In this document: one piece after another, positions 1 through 14,400 of the stretch
Position numbering within the stretch: position 1 is the stretch's first letter
Layout: each line of letters starts with the position of its first letter
Source: Amoebidium appalachense
Taxonomy: Eukaryota; Protista; Ichthyosporea
Length of the DNA: 64,000 bases
Direction of reading: 5' to 3'
Assembly (NCBI GenBank): GCA_963693365.1
Contig: CAVNZM010000001.1
Location: 14,556,418 to 14,620,417 of the forward strand
Translations under genes and position numbers: made by a program
The notes under the pieces: model-generated
Seen by the model: the letters and a program-made list of their open reading frames with translations, nothing else
The model's database searches: none
Told to the model about the DNA's origin: nothing

Positions 1-951
1 CAATCCGCACGGTCGTTCACTCCGCCCGGAATGTATGACAGCTCTTGGGGCCAGGGGAGCCCCTTTTCCAAACACAACTGCCACAGCAGCTGCCATAGCA
101 CTCGCTGCATGGCGGGGCTGCTGCTGCCCTTTTTGCGCACCGCGCCCAACGCGGCCTGGGCGTCTGACTGCCAGCGTACGCGCTGGCTTTGGATTAGGGC
201 CTGCATTTCGGGCCTGCGGTAGGCCTCGAGTAGGCCCTTGCACTCCGCCACTGCAGCCGCCCGCGGTGCATCGCTCTCCGCCGAACGACCGAAAGCTTCC
301 ACAACCTGCGTGGTTGGTAGGCCCAACTGTAGTACTGCCCCCCACCCGTGTGAGGTGGCAGCATCTGTGATGAGATTGGCCGTGATAGGCTCAGGCCAGA
401 TTTCCGTGCGGGGAAGCCGACCTATTATACTCATAGTTTTACCGATAATGCGTAGCTGCCGACCCGTTAACCGCACAAAGCTATGCCAGTTCCCGCCGCG
501 TAGAGCACCATCATGCACCGGCCGGACAACCGTGAGTACATGAGGCACCGCCGCACGCAAACTAACAACCACTGGCAACCCTAGCCATCTAGCCACCTGC
601 TTCTTTTCCACCCACCGCCGGCCTTTGCGCACCTTAGCCATTAAAGAACGTGTTTCCCTCGATAATTTTTCCAAAGACGCCACTGTGGGAGACAAATACC
701 CTTCCTCCAAACTTATGTGGATGCCTAAATGGTCGAGGGCACTCACTCAGTCTGGGTCCCTTAATGACCCTTATTCGGATGCTTCTTAAGGCCGGTGACT
801 TTCAATCCCTGCTCCACCACCCCGCGTGTGTCGAGTGCCCGTGCCGCCTGTTCGAAGATGGCCCAGTCATCGAGGAAAACCAACGAACGGATGCCGCGTG
901 CACGTAACCGACGCGCGAACTCGCGCATCAGGCGCATGAAAAAGTAGGGAC
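1..951 (-). pseudogene. DIRS/Ngaro-type (tyrosine-recombinase retrotransposon) RT-RNase H fragment, decayed
   Basis: Manual minus-strand translation gives RT motifs SPYFFMRLMREFARRLRARGIRSLVFLDDWAIF and GLKKHPNKG. After a stop/frameshift near 750 it gives RNase H motifs LITDAATSHGWGA, RWQSDAQAA..KKGSSS and LSYIPGGVNDRAD, running off the left edge. It is cut at 951 by LTR A1. Confidence 0.8.
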
Positions 952-1718
952 TGTTGTTTTGTACGGGTCTAAGGGAGCAGAGTGCACAGAGGTGTCATGT
1001 AAAACACGACTAACACAATAAAGAGAGGGCAATCGGAGTTGTTCACGAGACATTGAAAGATTTCAAGGCAAACAACAACTGATCCTTTATTGTGCTCTCG
1101 GTTCTTTTTGTACTTGCGACTTATCAGCTTATCACAACTAAAGGGGGAGAATTAATAGGTTCTATCAGAAGATAGAAAAACACATTCCGACAGAGCATAC
1201 GCATTCCAACTTCCGATTTAACTAAAGCTTATAAACTCTTACTTTAAGTTAAATAAATTAAGTAATTATATATCTTGTCACTATTAATGCACATATATAT
1301 TTATACTCACGGCATCTCTATAAAGAAACTTATTTAAATACATATATTTCCTAATAGTCGACACTCTCAATGTGAAGACACATTGCAATAAACCGAATTC
1401 CATATGTATCTATTGTCCAATCACAACACGTATATTAAGAGACAGGAATGCACAACACGATCTACAGATGTACTCGCTCGCGACTATTGGCGAGCCATCC
1501 TATTGAGAACTAAAACTAAGCCACTTTGAAATAAAACAAATACAACATAGCTAGCCAATCACGCTACCTCTCAGATAAACAGAGGAGATCAAACAGAAAT
1601 AAAGTACAATAAGTTCTTATCAGGCAAGAGAGCCAGGTGTGCACAGATCTACAGATATCTGTGCACACAGAAACAAGGGAGAGAGAGAGATACGGGGGGG
1701 GGGGGGGGGGGGGGGGGG

Positions 1719-1754
<36 letters not shown>

Positions 1755-1867
1755 AAAGAGAAAAGGGAGAGAGCACAAAGGAGGAAAGCAGACACGAATA
1801 CAAACAAAGCTAAGACACATACATACTTCAAGGCTCTTGCTGTCATACGTGGTGACGTATTCCAACA
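952..1867 (-). repeat. LTR of family A (3' LTR of copy 1)
   Basis: TGTTG...CAACA termini; similar to 6600-7535 and 16390-17326; contains an internal poly-G/(GA)n tract. Confidence 0.95.
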
Positions 1868-3429
1868 TCCCCACTCAAGGGGTTGAAGTTTGTGTTCTCG
1901 TGTCTGTTGATGTGACGGTAGATGAGGTCCAAACACATGGGGGGGGCGCGTCACACTCAAGTCTCCCCACTCGAGGATGCAAACCGAAGATCCTTGAGGT
2001 GGGAAGGAGAAAACCAAAACTGAAGAGGCACACAACGACGGTTGCCTCGGAAGACTCGGAACATGACTCCATGGTGGTTATCGTCGATATAAATATATAG
2101 AGGAAACACTAGTGTATGTGTGACGTGTTGGTGGCTAATGTTTTATACTGGGGACCACCCAGTTAAACACAAGGCATGAACATCTTGTGGACTGATTTAT
2201 AGACTGGTAGTCAACCAGTTAAGACACGGGGAACTTGAAGGTGCATCCCGTGGACTAGGTTTAGACTGGCAGTCAACCAGCTCGCCATGGCTATAGATAA
2301 TTATTTATACTGCCGAGTGGGTCGCCATCCCAGTTCGACATATATATATTAAGTCGAATATAGAAGAAAACCGTTATATATATGGTGGGATATGAATATA
2401 AATAAACGACGGACGGTGGAGAATAATCCCCACTGAAGATGCACACACATGACGATGGAAGACAGAGTCCCCACTGATGAAGAGAAACGATGAGGAGTAG
2501 TAGACTTTCGTTGGGAGGCACTGGCATCTTGATCACCGTAGGTGTGTCAACTGCTGTCCAGGGCCCCAACCTGCTCAAAAACCACTCGATGATGAACACC
2601 AGTGCACGGTTCAGTCACGGAGACTGAGGTTGGCACGGTATGTGTCGTGGGCCGGACCAGCCAGAGGCTTGGTGAAGATGTCGGCCAGGTTCTTCTTGGT
2701 GTCGATGACAGTGACGTCCCCACTGTTGATGTAGTCCTTGTTGTTGAAGTAACGAACGGCAATGTGCTTGGTCCGGTGCTTGATGGTGTTGGAGTGGACC
2801 AGAGCAATGGTGGACTGATTGTCACAGTACACGGGGGTGGGCTCGGTCATGGGGTAGCCCAGTTCCTTGAGTAGACACGGTGCCAGGCAACATCTTGCAC
2901 GGCAGCATTGAGGGCCAGGAGCTCGGCCTCACAGGTGGAAGTTGCAGTGATCGTCTGTAGCTTGGAGTGGTAGGTGACGGGGGTGCCTTCTGTAACTTAG
3001 AGGTTTCTCTGTGAGACTTTATTATTTGCTGACTTGCATTGACTGGCCCGCCGGGACCTTTATATACTTGTGGTCTGGCTCACTGGAATGTTACATACTA
3101 TTCCCGATTGGTCTACCCGCCGCTATGGATCTAGTCGCTACCAATCAAAGCACTCCAATAGAATCTTCTAGACTCTTCTAGATCTATCCTGATCTATCGT
3201 GAACCTATCCACCAGTTTATCCCGAATATCTCGAATATTCCCGATCACTAGTGCTACGCTAACGCAGGGCATACCGGATGGCTATCCTGTTCGACACCCC
3301 CACTTGCACTGTGTTCTATCTATGTACCGCATGCAACCTAAACCTAAGATGCAACTCTAAAACTATGCTACTATACTAACACATATAACACCTACTACAC
3401 GAACATTAACACTACACTATTTGTAGTTC

Positions 3430-6400
3430 TTACTCAGCCATGCCGATGGCCTGCCGATGCTGCACCAACTTAAGTCTCCCGAAAGCTTTGGTGCACATGT
3501 CGGCCACGTTACTGTTCGTGCTGCAATACACAAGTTCTACATCCCCATTCTCCACACACTCACGGGTGTAGTGGTACTGAACGTCGATGTGTTTGCTCCT
3601 GTTATGGAGCATCGGGTTCCTTGCAAGCTTGATGCTGGCCTGGTTGTCGGCGTAGATGATGGTCGCCTCACTCATATCGTAGCCCAGCTGCCCCAGCAGC
3701 TGTCGTAGCCACTTAGCCTCTTTGACTGCCAGGCACGTAGCCATATACTCCGCCTCTGTAGATGAAGTAGCCACAGTCTTCTGTTGCTTGCTGCCCCAGC
3801 TGATGGCAGATCCATTGGCAGTGAAGATGTATCCGCTCGTCGACTTACGGTCGTCGGAGTTGCCAGCGTAATCGGAGTCAGTGAATCCCTCCACTGTTGT
3901 ACTCCCTCCTCGTCCTCCGCGGTAGACAATCCCGTAGTTGGTTGTCCCCTTGAGGTACCGGAGAAGATGTTTGGCTGCGTCCCAGTGTTGAAGTCCCGGG
4001 TTGCTCACGAACTTACTAAGTTCCCCCACTGCTTGTGCAATGTCTGGCCGGGTGGCCACCATTGCGTACATTAAGGAGCCCACAGCTCTGGCATAAGGAA
4101 CTTGCCGCATCGCCACTCTCTCCTCCTCGCTTGCCGGACTCATGGCCTTGCTCAACACGCATCGCTCCGGTAGCGGTGTTGACTTAGCCTTGCAGTCGAC
4201 CATGTTGAAGCGCCGCATCAATGACTTGATGTACGTTTCCTGTGACAATTTTATATCGCCTGTTGCAGCGTCACGACTGACCTGCACACCGAGTAGCAGC
4301 TTTGGCTCGCCGATCACCTTGACGGAGAACTTCGTCGCAACCTGCCTGACGAATTCTTGAATAAGATCATCTGTCGACGCCGCCACTAGCATGTCGTCCA
4401 CATGCACAGCCACCACCGTCTTTCCACTTCCGTTGACCTTGAAGTAGACACATCGATCAGCTTCCACACGTGTGAAGCCAAGATCGACCATAGCCTCATG
4501 CATCTTCTCATTCCAGCACCTTGCTGCTTGCTTGAGGCCATACAGACTTTTGTGCAAACGACACACATAGTCTTCCTTTCCGGGTACCTCGTACCCACGC
4601 GGTTGCTGCATGTACAGCTCTTCCTTGATGTCGCCGTTCAGGAACGCCGTGACGATATCTATTTGTGTGAGGTGCATGTTCTCTGCCGCTGCCATAGCGA
4701 AGAGAAGTCTGAAGCTGGTGAACTTGGCCACCGGGGCAAAGGTCTCTTCGTAGTCTATCCCCTCTTGCTGAGAGAAGCCCCTGGCCACACCACGGGCCTT
4801 GTAGCGCTCGACACTGCCGTCGGCGTTGCGTTTCATCTTGAAGACCCACTTGAAGGAAACTGCCCGACGACCTGGTGGGAGTGGCACCAGTGACCATGTC
4901 CCATTCTTGACTAGAGATTCGTACTCCTCGTCCAGCGCAGCCTTCCACTTTGCACCATCTGGCCTGGAGATTGCTTCTTCCAGTGTCACAGGGTCATCCT
5001 CATTGCTATCAGCACTCTCAATTGCTATGCTGATACTGTCGCGGTACTCTACTACACCTGCGTTGATGCCGTAGGTCCCACCGCGCCTTGTAGTCATAGA
5101 CGGATAGGCACTTCTGGTTGCAACCTGCAACTCTGCACTATCTTCCTCGTCTCCTGACCCTGCCGCGTCCGAATCGCCGCTGTCCTCGCCCGCGCCGTCG
5201 CCGATAGCATCTGAATCATATCCACTGTCAGTGCCGATTGTAGGCTTCCGAAAGGAATGTTGCTTCTTGGCGCTGATTGGATCCCTCGATTCCAAGCTCT
5301 GCTGATTTCCGATTGGCTTATGCATCAGCAATTCCATTGGCTCATCTTGCACCACCGGAATACCGGCCTTTGGGGTGCATGATTCATCGATCACCACATC
5401 TCGCCCGACGATAGTCCTGCGCGCCTCGGTGTCCCACAACAAGTACGTCTTGCTGTCACCTGTGTAGCCGACGAATTTACACTCCCGACTCTTGGCGTCT
5501 AGCTTCCTGCGCTCGTCCTTCGGCACATGGACAAATGCCTTGCTACCAAATACACGTAGATGGCTAACATCGGGCTTCTCTCCATACCATGCCTCCCAAG
5601 GTGTCATGCCACCCAGTACTGTGGTTGGCGTCAGGTTCTTGATGTACACAGCTGCCTGTACTGCCAGCTGCCAGAACCCCATACTCATGCCTGCTGACTG
5701 CAGCATGCAGCGCGCCGTCTCGACAATGGTCCTGTTAGCCCTCTCTGCTACACCATTCTGCTCTGGTGTGTAAGGGACTGTCGCCTCATGTTCAATGCCG
5801 CACGCTTCCAGGAACGACTTGAACTCAGTGGAGGTGTACTCACCCCCGTTGTCGGAACGCAGAATCTTGATGCTGGCACCGTGTTGCTTCTCTACGTGTG
5901 CCTTGTACTTCTTGAAGTAAGTATGCACTTGGGATTTATGTTTCATGAAGTACACCGTAGTGAACCTTGTCTTGTCGTCGATGAAGGTGACATAATACTT
6001 GGAACCTTGCAGCGACTCCTTGTTGAACGGTCCTGCCACATCAGAATGAACTCTGTCGAGCTTCGCTGGCGCTGTCTTGCGGGGTAGCTTACTGAAAGAG
6101 AGCCGGGCTTGCTTCCCTCTCGCGCATCCCTCGCACACACCGTCATCCTGGGGTTTGCAGTCGATGCACAGACCCTCGACGATGTTTTCTTTAGCCATTT
6201 TCTGTAGCGTGTTTGTTGCCACATGACCAAACCGCCGGTGCCATAAACTGGCGCTGCCCTTTACCGGCTCACACACGGTGTTACCCCCACTGCTGCCGAC
6301 TGCAGTGGTCACCATGTTCACGCTCTCACATACGGGTTTCACTAGGAGACGATACAGGCCTCCCTCCACTACCCCACGGGCCACAACTTGGCCATCTGTG

Positions 6401-6599
6401 GCACTCTCAATCGTACACTGTCGACCGTCGGTGATGCCTCTTAACCCGTGCTTGCCGGCGCTTGAAGCCGACATCACGTTAGTTCCAAATGCTGGCACGT
6501 ACAGCACATTCTGCAGTCTAAATGTCATGCTGTTGCCCTGGAACTCACTTGTTAATCTTACGACGCCTATTCCTAGCGCCATCACACCCGGGGTGTTAC
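3430..6599 (-). CDS. Copia B pol (GAG-pre-integrase, integrase, RT, RNase H), 3' part of gag-pol
   Basis: 1051-aa ORF with WHRRFGH..CEGC, LRSDNGGEY, EQNGVAER, VHVDDM, FTDSDYAG and ADMCTK, in copia order IN-RT-RH. It rejoins gag in frame across the A2 insertion (..VALGN|TPGVMALG..). Confidence 0.95.
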
Positions 6600-7349
6600 T
6601 GTTGTTTTGTACGGGTCTAAGGGAGCAGAGTGCACAGAGGTGTCATGTAAAAACACGACTAACACATTAATGAGAGGGCAATCGGAGTTGTTCACGAGAC
6701 ATTGAAAGATTTCAAACAACAACTGAATCTTTATTGTGCTCTCGGTTCCTTTTGTACTTGCGACTTATCACCTTATCACAACTAAAGAGGGAGAACCAAT
6801 CGGTTCTATCAGAAGATAGAAAAACACATTCCGACAGAGCATACGCATTCCAACTTCCGATTAAACTAAAGTGTAGAAACTCTTACTTAAATAAATTAAG
6901 TAATTATACATCTAGTCACTATTAACTCACATATATATTTATGTTCGTCTCTATAAAGAAACTTATTTAAATACATATATTTCCTAGTAACAGTCGACAC
7001 TCTCAAAGTGAAGACACTTTGCAATACACCGAATTCCATATATATCTATTGTCCAATCACAACACACATATATTAACAGACAGGAATGCACAACACAATC
7101 TACAGATGTACTCGCTCGCGACTATTGGCGAGCCATCCTTTTGAGAACAAACTAGGCCATTTTGAAATAAAGGAAAGACAACGAGTGAGGCTAGCCAATC
7201 ACGCTACCTCTCAGATAAACAGAGGAGAGCAAATAGAAATAAAACACAATAAGTTCTTATCAGGCAAGAGAGCCAGGTGTGCACAGATCTACAGATATCT
7301 GTGCCCACAGAAACAAGGGAGAGAGAGATACGGGGGGGGGGGGGGGGGG

Positions 7350-7443
<94 letters not shown>

Positions 7444-8253
7444 ACAAAGGAGGAAAGCAGACACGAATACAAACAAGCTAGGACACATACATACTTCAAG
7501 GCTCTTGCTGTCATACATGGTGACGTATTCCAACATCCCCACTCAAGGGGTTGAAGTTTGTGTTCTCGTGTCTGTTGATGTGACGGTAGATGGGGTCCAA
7601 ACACAGGAGGGGCCGTCACACTCAAGTTTCCCCACTCGAGGATGCAAACCGAAGATCCTTGAGGTGGGAAGGAGAGAATCAAAACTGAAGAGGCACACAA
7701 CGACGGTTGCCTCTGAAGACTCGAAATAAGAAATCATGGTGGTTATCGCCGATATATATATATAGATAGGAAACACTAGTGTATGTGTGACGTGTTGGTG
7801 GCTAATGGTTTATACTGGGGACCACCCAGGTAAACACAAGACATGAACATCTTGTGGACTGATTTATAGACTGGTGGTCAACCAGTTAAGACACGGGGAA
7901 GGTGCATCCCGTGGACTAGGTTTAGACTGGCAGTCAACCAGCACGTCATGGCTATAGATAATTATTTATACTGGGACGCCATCCCAGTTCGACATATATA
8001 TAAGTCGAATATAGAAGAAAACCAATATATATGGTGGGATATGAATATAAATAAACGACGGATGGTGGAGAATAATCCCCACTGAAGATGCACACATATG
8101 ACGATGGAAGACTGAGTCCCCACTGATGAAGAGAAACGATGAGGAGTAGTAGACTTTCGTTGGGAGGCATCTTGATCACCGTAGGTGTGTCAACTGCTGT
8201 CCAGGGCCCCAACCTACTCAGAAACCACTCGATGATGAACACCAGTGCACGGG

Positions 8254-11200
8254 TCAGTCACGGAGACTGAGGTTGGCACGGTGTGTGTCGTGGGCCGTAC
8301 CAGCCAGAGGCTTGGTGAAGATGTCGGCCAGGTTCTTCTTGGTGTCGATGTAGGTGACAGTGACGTCCCCACTGTTGATGTAGTCCTTTGTGTTGAAGTA
8401 ACGAACGGCAATGTGCTTGGTCCGGTGCTTGATGGTGTTGGAGTGGACCAGAGCAATGGTGGGACTGATTGTCACAGTACACGGGGGTGGGCTCGGTCAT
8501 GGGGTAGCCCAGCTCCTTTAGTAGATCACGGTGCCAGACAACATCTTGCACGGCAGCATTGAGGGCCAGGAGCTCGGCCTCACACGTGGAGGTTGCAGTG
8601 ATCGTCTGCAGCTTGGAGTGGTAGGTGACGGGGGAGCCTTCGAGGAGGATGACGTACCCAGACGTGGAACGACGGGTGGTGGGGCAACCAGCAAAGTCAG
8701 AATCCGAGTAGCACTCAAGGATGGGCACCTTGCTGTTGGGGGCCTTCTTCTTGTAGTAGAGGCCGAGGTTGATGGTGCCGAGCAGGTAACGAACGACACG
8801 GAGGAGAAGCTCCCAGGCAGTCTTGGTGGGCTTGGAGCTGAATCGGCCGAGGTAGCCAATGGCATACGAGATGTCAGGCCGGGAGCACCGAGCAACCCAC
8901 AGCAGACGGCCGAGGAGTTCACGGTAGGGGACGGTGGTGGGCAGGGATGAGTGGGAGGTCTCGTTGATGATGGTGCCCACGGGAATAGGGGTGGCCTTAG
9001 GCTTGGCATCGACCAGGTTGAAGTCGGTGATGATGTCCTTGATGTAGGAGGACTGCAGCAGCTTGAGGGAGTCACGGGTGTACAGCAGTTGGGTGCCGAG
9101 GAAGATGTCTGGCAGACCGACCTTGCACTCGGCAGACTTCGTGATGTGACGAACAAGCCCCTGCATGATGGTGGAGTTCCGTGTGCAGGTGATGATGGCA
9201 TCATCAACGTAGTTGCCCGAACGGATGATGTGCCCGTTGGGGAACTGACGGAAGTAGACACACGGATCGGAACGGAGACGGGTGAGGCCGTGGGCAATGA
9301 GAATGGAGTTGAAGAACTCGTACCATGCCAGGGATGCCTGCTTGAGTCCGTAGATGGCCTTCTTGAGTTTCCAGACTTTGTGTTCATTGCCAGGGAGGAT
9401 AAAACCAGGAGGTTGCTCCATGTACAAAGTCTCGTCGAGGGGGCTGTTGAGGAAGGCCGTGCTGATGTCGAGTTGATGGATCTCGTGGTCCTGTTGCACA
9501 CCGAGGGCAAGCAGGGCACGGACGGAGGAGGACATGACGACGGGGGAAGAGTTTTCACCGTAGTCAACACCGTAGACTTGGGTGAAACCCTTGGCCACAC
9601 CACGACCCTTGATCTTGGTGTCACCAGCAGAGTTGAGGACCTTCTCCGTGACAATCCACTTGAATCGGATGATGTTGGCATCGGAGGGGGGCTCAACTAC
9701 GTCGAAGATGTCCTTGTCGATGAAAGCCTTGTACTCGGCAGTGAGGGCAGTCACCACTTCATCACCCTTGGTGCCAGAGCACAGCTTCTGAATTGACCGG
9801 GGCAGCTGAGACTCATCAAGGCTGGGTCGGGAGATGCTCACCATAGCCATAGCAGGCCGGGAGGAGAGACGGGAGGAACGACGGGGAACGGTACGGAGGG
9901 GCTCAGGGGCCGGGGGGTTGTCTGTGACAGACACTCGGTGGTCGGGGATGGGGGCCTGGAAGCCAGGGATGGGTGCCGTGTTGAGGGGGGAGTCGGATAA
10001 CACGGGGCTGGACGGGGCCGAGTGGAACTCCGGAGACCCAGGACGAACCGGGGTGAGATGACCAGGTACGTGGTCATTGACGGCAGGGGCCGGCAGCAGG
10101 GGTTGCTGACCGGTGGGGGGGGGGGGGGGGTGGAGCCACGGGGGCAGGTACACGACGGGGGGAACGACGGATAATCACCGACGGAATTTCATCGTCATCG
10201 GAATTGGAATTTCCGGAATGCAGGGATGAATCGATTGAGGTCGTCTGATTGGTGGCCTGCACAGAAATCTGATTGGATGCCGTGGTGAATTGTGATTCGT
10301 CGAAGACGACATCGCGGTAGAGGTTGACCGTGTTGCCACGTAGATTCATGATCTTGTGGGCTTTGTTGGTGATATCCCAGCCCACGTAGGTGCCGAGTTT
10401 GACGGTAGAGGCCAACTTGTCTCGTTTGGATGCAGGGACGTGTACATAGGCTGGGCAGCCGAACACGTGCAGGTGGGAGATGTCAGGCTTGACACCGTAG
10501 AAAATTTCAAACGGTGTACGGCCATTGGCAGCTCTGGCCGGGGTCACGTTGATGATGTAGGCAGCATGCTTGAGAGCAGCTCCCCACAGTTTGGGGGAAA
10601 GGGAGTCGGCCTTGTCCTGATGAAGGAAGCACCGAACGATCTCCTGCAGATCCCTCATCTTACGTTCAACGAAGCCGTTGAGTTGGGGGCAGTCAACCGG
10701 GGCAAATTCTTGAATGATGCCCTTGGACTGGCAGTACTGCTCCATAGCGTGGGAGGTGAACTCGGACCCAGAGTCTGAACGGAAGTGGGTCACCACCTTG
10801 TCGGGTTGCTTGTCAGTAGTCTCAACCAGGGCCTTGACGTATTCGAGAGTTTCGGATCGATCACGGAGGAGGTACACGATGGTGTAGCCGGAGGCATCAC
10901 AGGTACACACGAGGGCCACCTTGTAGCCACCATAGGAGGCACAGGGAGGCTCGAAGAAGTCCATGTGCCACTTGGCACCGGGGAAGGGGCACTGGGTTCT
11001 GGTGCCGGAGAATGGGGCCTTGGTGGTCTTGCCGCAGACACAACCGAAGCAGTCAGTGGTGTCAGCCACTGAGAGGGATGAGGGGAGGCCTGTCACGAGG
11101 TCACCTCTCACCATCTTGGTGAGGGTGGACAGGGCACGATGGCCGAGACGGTGGTGCCAGAGCTGAGGATCATTGTTGACCTTGACGTTGGCTACCAGAG

Positions 11201-11481
11201 CAGTGACGGTCCGAGGGATGGAGGGACGTATCTCATAGTCAGTGATGAAGTACAGTCCATCTGTGCCTGTGAGGGAACACACGATGTTGCCACCACGAGT
11301 GTAGAGGTATGATGGGAATGCATCCTCATCATCGAGGTGGGCAAGGAGACCCGACTTGGAGGCCATTGAGGGTGATATCAGGAAGGCTGGGGAGTCGGGT
11401 ACATAGAGGGTGTTGAGGCTCAGTACTGATGTTACTCCGTTGTAGGTGACGGCCAGGTTGATGACACCACGGTGATGTGCA
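8254..11481 (-). CDS. Copia A2 pol (integrase, RT, RNase H) with frameshifts at the G-run ~10114-10130 and at ~8461
   Basis: Motifs LWHHRLGH..CFGC, FRSDSGSEF, QLNGFVER, NYVDDA, YSDSDFAG and ADIFTK across ORFs 11498-10074, 10153-8258 and 8475-8254. Confidence 0.9.
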
Positions 11482-14400
11482 TGTAAACAACTGTACACAT
11501 GAACTGTACATGTTTACTAAAGAATGTGATCTACTAGCACACAATTCGTTCTTTGTCATGAATATCACATAAATATTATGTCCACACCAATAGGAATCAA
11601 TCTTACCTAAGAAATGAACCATGTATGATTCTACCGCTGCATACCACATAAACGAAGTGAACCAATAAGATGTTTGCATAAATAGGACAAAGGTCTGACT
11701 GGCTCGGACCGCACCAGAATCACGAATGGCATGTTGCCACCCGCGCTGGCCGCGGATGAACCAATCCTGGGCCTTGATCCGAAACCTGGGGGCTATATAA
11801 GAAAGCCGTCCCAGTACGGGGATCACATCAGTGAAGTCTGAGACAGACTGAGTCGGCCCATAGTAAAAGCAACCTGGCCGCGTGTGCCTTTCTACCCGTT
11901 CTCTGTCTTTATTTTGATTCAGTTGTACTCTGCCTTATCCTAACTAGTCCAACTGTTTACATTGGCGACCGCGGCAGGACACTGTTATACATTGCCAACT
12001 GTTTACATTGGCGACCGCGCAGTTCAAGAATCTCGCATCCTTCGAATCTCACATCTTTCAATCAGTTCAAGAATCTCACATCTTTCAATCAGCTCAAGAA
12101 TCTCCCATGGCCGATCACAATCCTTTTTACCCCGATGATAGGCACATCTTTCCTTGTCCGGCTTAGAATATATACACCTACAAGTTTGAAGTGGCCAGCC
12201 CACCTACACGGAAAGAATTGAAAGCATGTAAAACTTCTTTTGCTACGACACATCAAAAATGTGAAGAAAAACGAATACACAACGAAACAACGAATACACG
12301 AACAAACGAATAAAGAATTGCTAACGAAGCAATGAACCAACGAAAAACGAACCATCACGAATACGCAATGAAATAAAGAATTAACGACAAACGATTGCAT
12401 AGAGGAAATACGAAATGAATGCAACACGAAAACAAAACGAAGTAACGAAGTTATCAAACGACAAAAAACGAAAAACGAAAGCAAAATGAATTGGAAATAC
12501 GAAAATGAAAGAACGAATGCACAACACTGCTTGGGTTGCAATGCACACAGCCCCCTCTATGTTAGGAAGAAAATAAAACCGTTGCCCTTGCGTGCATTGC
12601 GCTATTGCACACTGCCATCGTGTCCATGCCACCGCATGCACGTCCACACTCGCAAGCCAGATGCACGGCCACTTTCAGCACAAATGCACTTAACGAAGAA
12701 GATAGTCGCTGTTGCTATAGCATGTAGGACCTAAGATCTTATGAAAGTAGTGTTGCATGCATGCTTCGAATCCCTTGCTGTTCTCGAATACAGCATGCCC
12801 CATAGTTTAGCGCACAGGATGCACAACATGCGCATGAATGTATGCTGGCATGCCTAAACACATTACGAACATATGCCTGACTCATGTATGGCGGCCCTTC
12901 CTGGTGCCACGCCCTAACGAATTTGCACTCTTGGTGCACAAAAGGCATGTAATAAAGTCGATGCAGAACTTTTGTTCATGCATGTGAAAAACAAAGAAGG
13001 TGTTGGGTACGAATTTTAAGGTGAATGCCCGTCTGTGGCAATACGGTGTAACATACCAATTACACTGTCAAGCCTTGCACTAGCTGCCGGTACACCCCCA
13101 CCAGAACAAAAGAATGTGGTATGGGCACCGTTCCCTCACAACCCCAGCATACAGCGTCAGTATTTTGGCTGGAAGCCTTTCAGTTTCGAATTACGAATAC
13201 CCTCCTTCACTACTGAAGAAAGTGACGTGGAAGACGAATACGAATACGAATGCAAGGTGTTGTTGACTAACACATCGGACCATCATGTGTACCTAGGCCC
13301 TGGTACGGAGGTGACCATGTTATTCCCTTGCAATATGATGACACTGTAACAATTTAGCACGTGCATACCCCACCAATGGGCACATGCGGGAGACAACCCC
13401 ACAAGCTGCCTTATTGGGCACCTCTGCTAAAACGAATATTCTTCTCACGAAGGAACAGAAGAATGCCACGAACACGAACCACACACCCCCCAGGCAGCTA
13501 CTTACGTCTGATGTATGAAAGTAGTAGGTGTGTGAATTGGGTAACTACATGAACACCAACACGAAAGAAAGCACAGCACAAAGCAGTTCCACGAATACGA
13601 ATGGTTTTGGTATTCCACATAACGAACAGAACCTACAGTAGGGCCACCTACAAATGAAGCAGAGGATGGGGCACCATCCAGACCTGCACTGGAGGATATG
13701 AAAACACGAAGCGCGCTCACGAAGTTGCTTACAAAAGAAAGGGCGACTCTGACGACTTTTCTTTTTAGGCCAAGCCTCCAGAAGAATGTATTATGCCTGG
13801 AATCCCCCTGCTCAACGAAAAATGGCTGGCAAATGGGATACGAAAACTGCTCACGAATGGAAGCATGTGTTTTCTGAAGGAGGCTTGCTTTGCCTACCCT
13901 CTTCTTATGAATTATGAACCGGGCTTTTACTGGTTCTGACGGGTGATATATTTCTTTATGTCGCCCAACGAAGAACACTTGGGCATTTTTATTCTGTTTT
14001 TCCCAGCTCCGATGATGCAGGGTTAAAGCTGAAAGGAAAGAAGTGCTCTTTGTTCATGAAAGAAGTGGCTTTTCCGGCCATGGTGACTCGCCTTACAGTC
14101 TTAAGGTAGAACCGGGATAAGGAGCAGCGGCTAAGCCTTGAAGCTATCCACCACTACCTGAGCTACGAAGTGACCTAAGGCTTGAGTTATATTCATTATC
14201 GAATGTTTGGTATGATCATTCATCCACACAACCAAATTACTCGCAATTGAAAACGAATCTGCGGGAGTATCCTAAAAAGGAAAAATTCCCAAAAAGAAAA
14301 ATACTACTTCTACAGAAAAGCCAAGCACAGAGACGAAGCGAACAATTCGCACACACTCTGCAATAATCTTCGCCACGAAAATGAAATCACAGAAGAATGC

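Noticed and set aside
2468-2495. CTGATGA-AGA-GAAAC in the copia A 3' UTR, hammerhead-like words
   Set aside because: Only 3 nt lie between the core segments, so no stem II can form, and there is no convincing stem III/NUH.
8531-9796. Long plus-strand ORFs opposite copia pol
   Set aside because: These are antisense shadows caused by GC3-rich codon usage.
10114-10130. Programmed frameshift in copia A2 pol
   Set aside because: It falls in a long G homopolymer and copia gag-pol is normally a single frame; slippage or sequencing error is more likely.
11329-11826. 165-aa and 126-aa (14554-14934) minus-strand ORFs with identical N-termini
   Set aside because: They are antisense readings of the two LTR C copies with no protein-like features.
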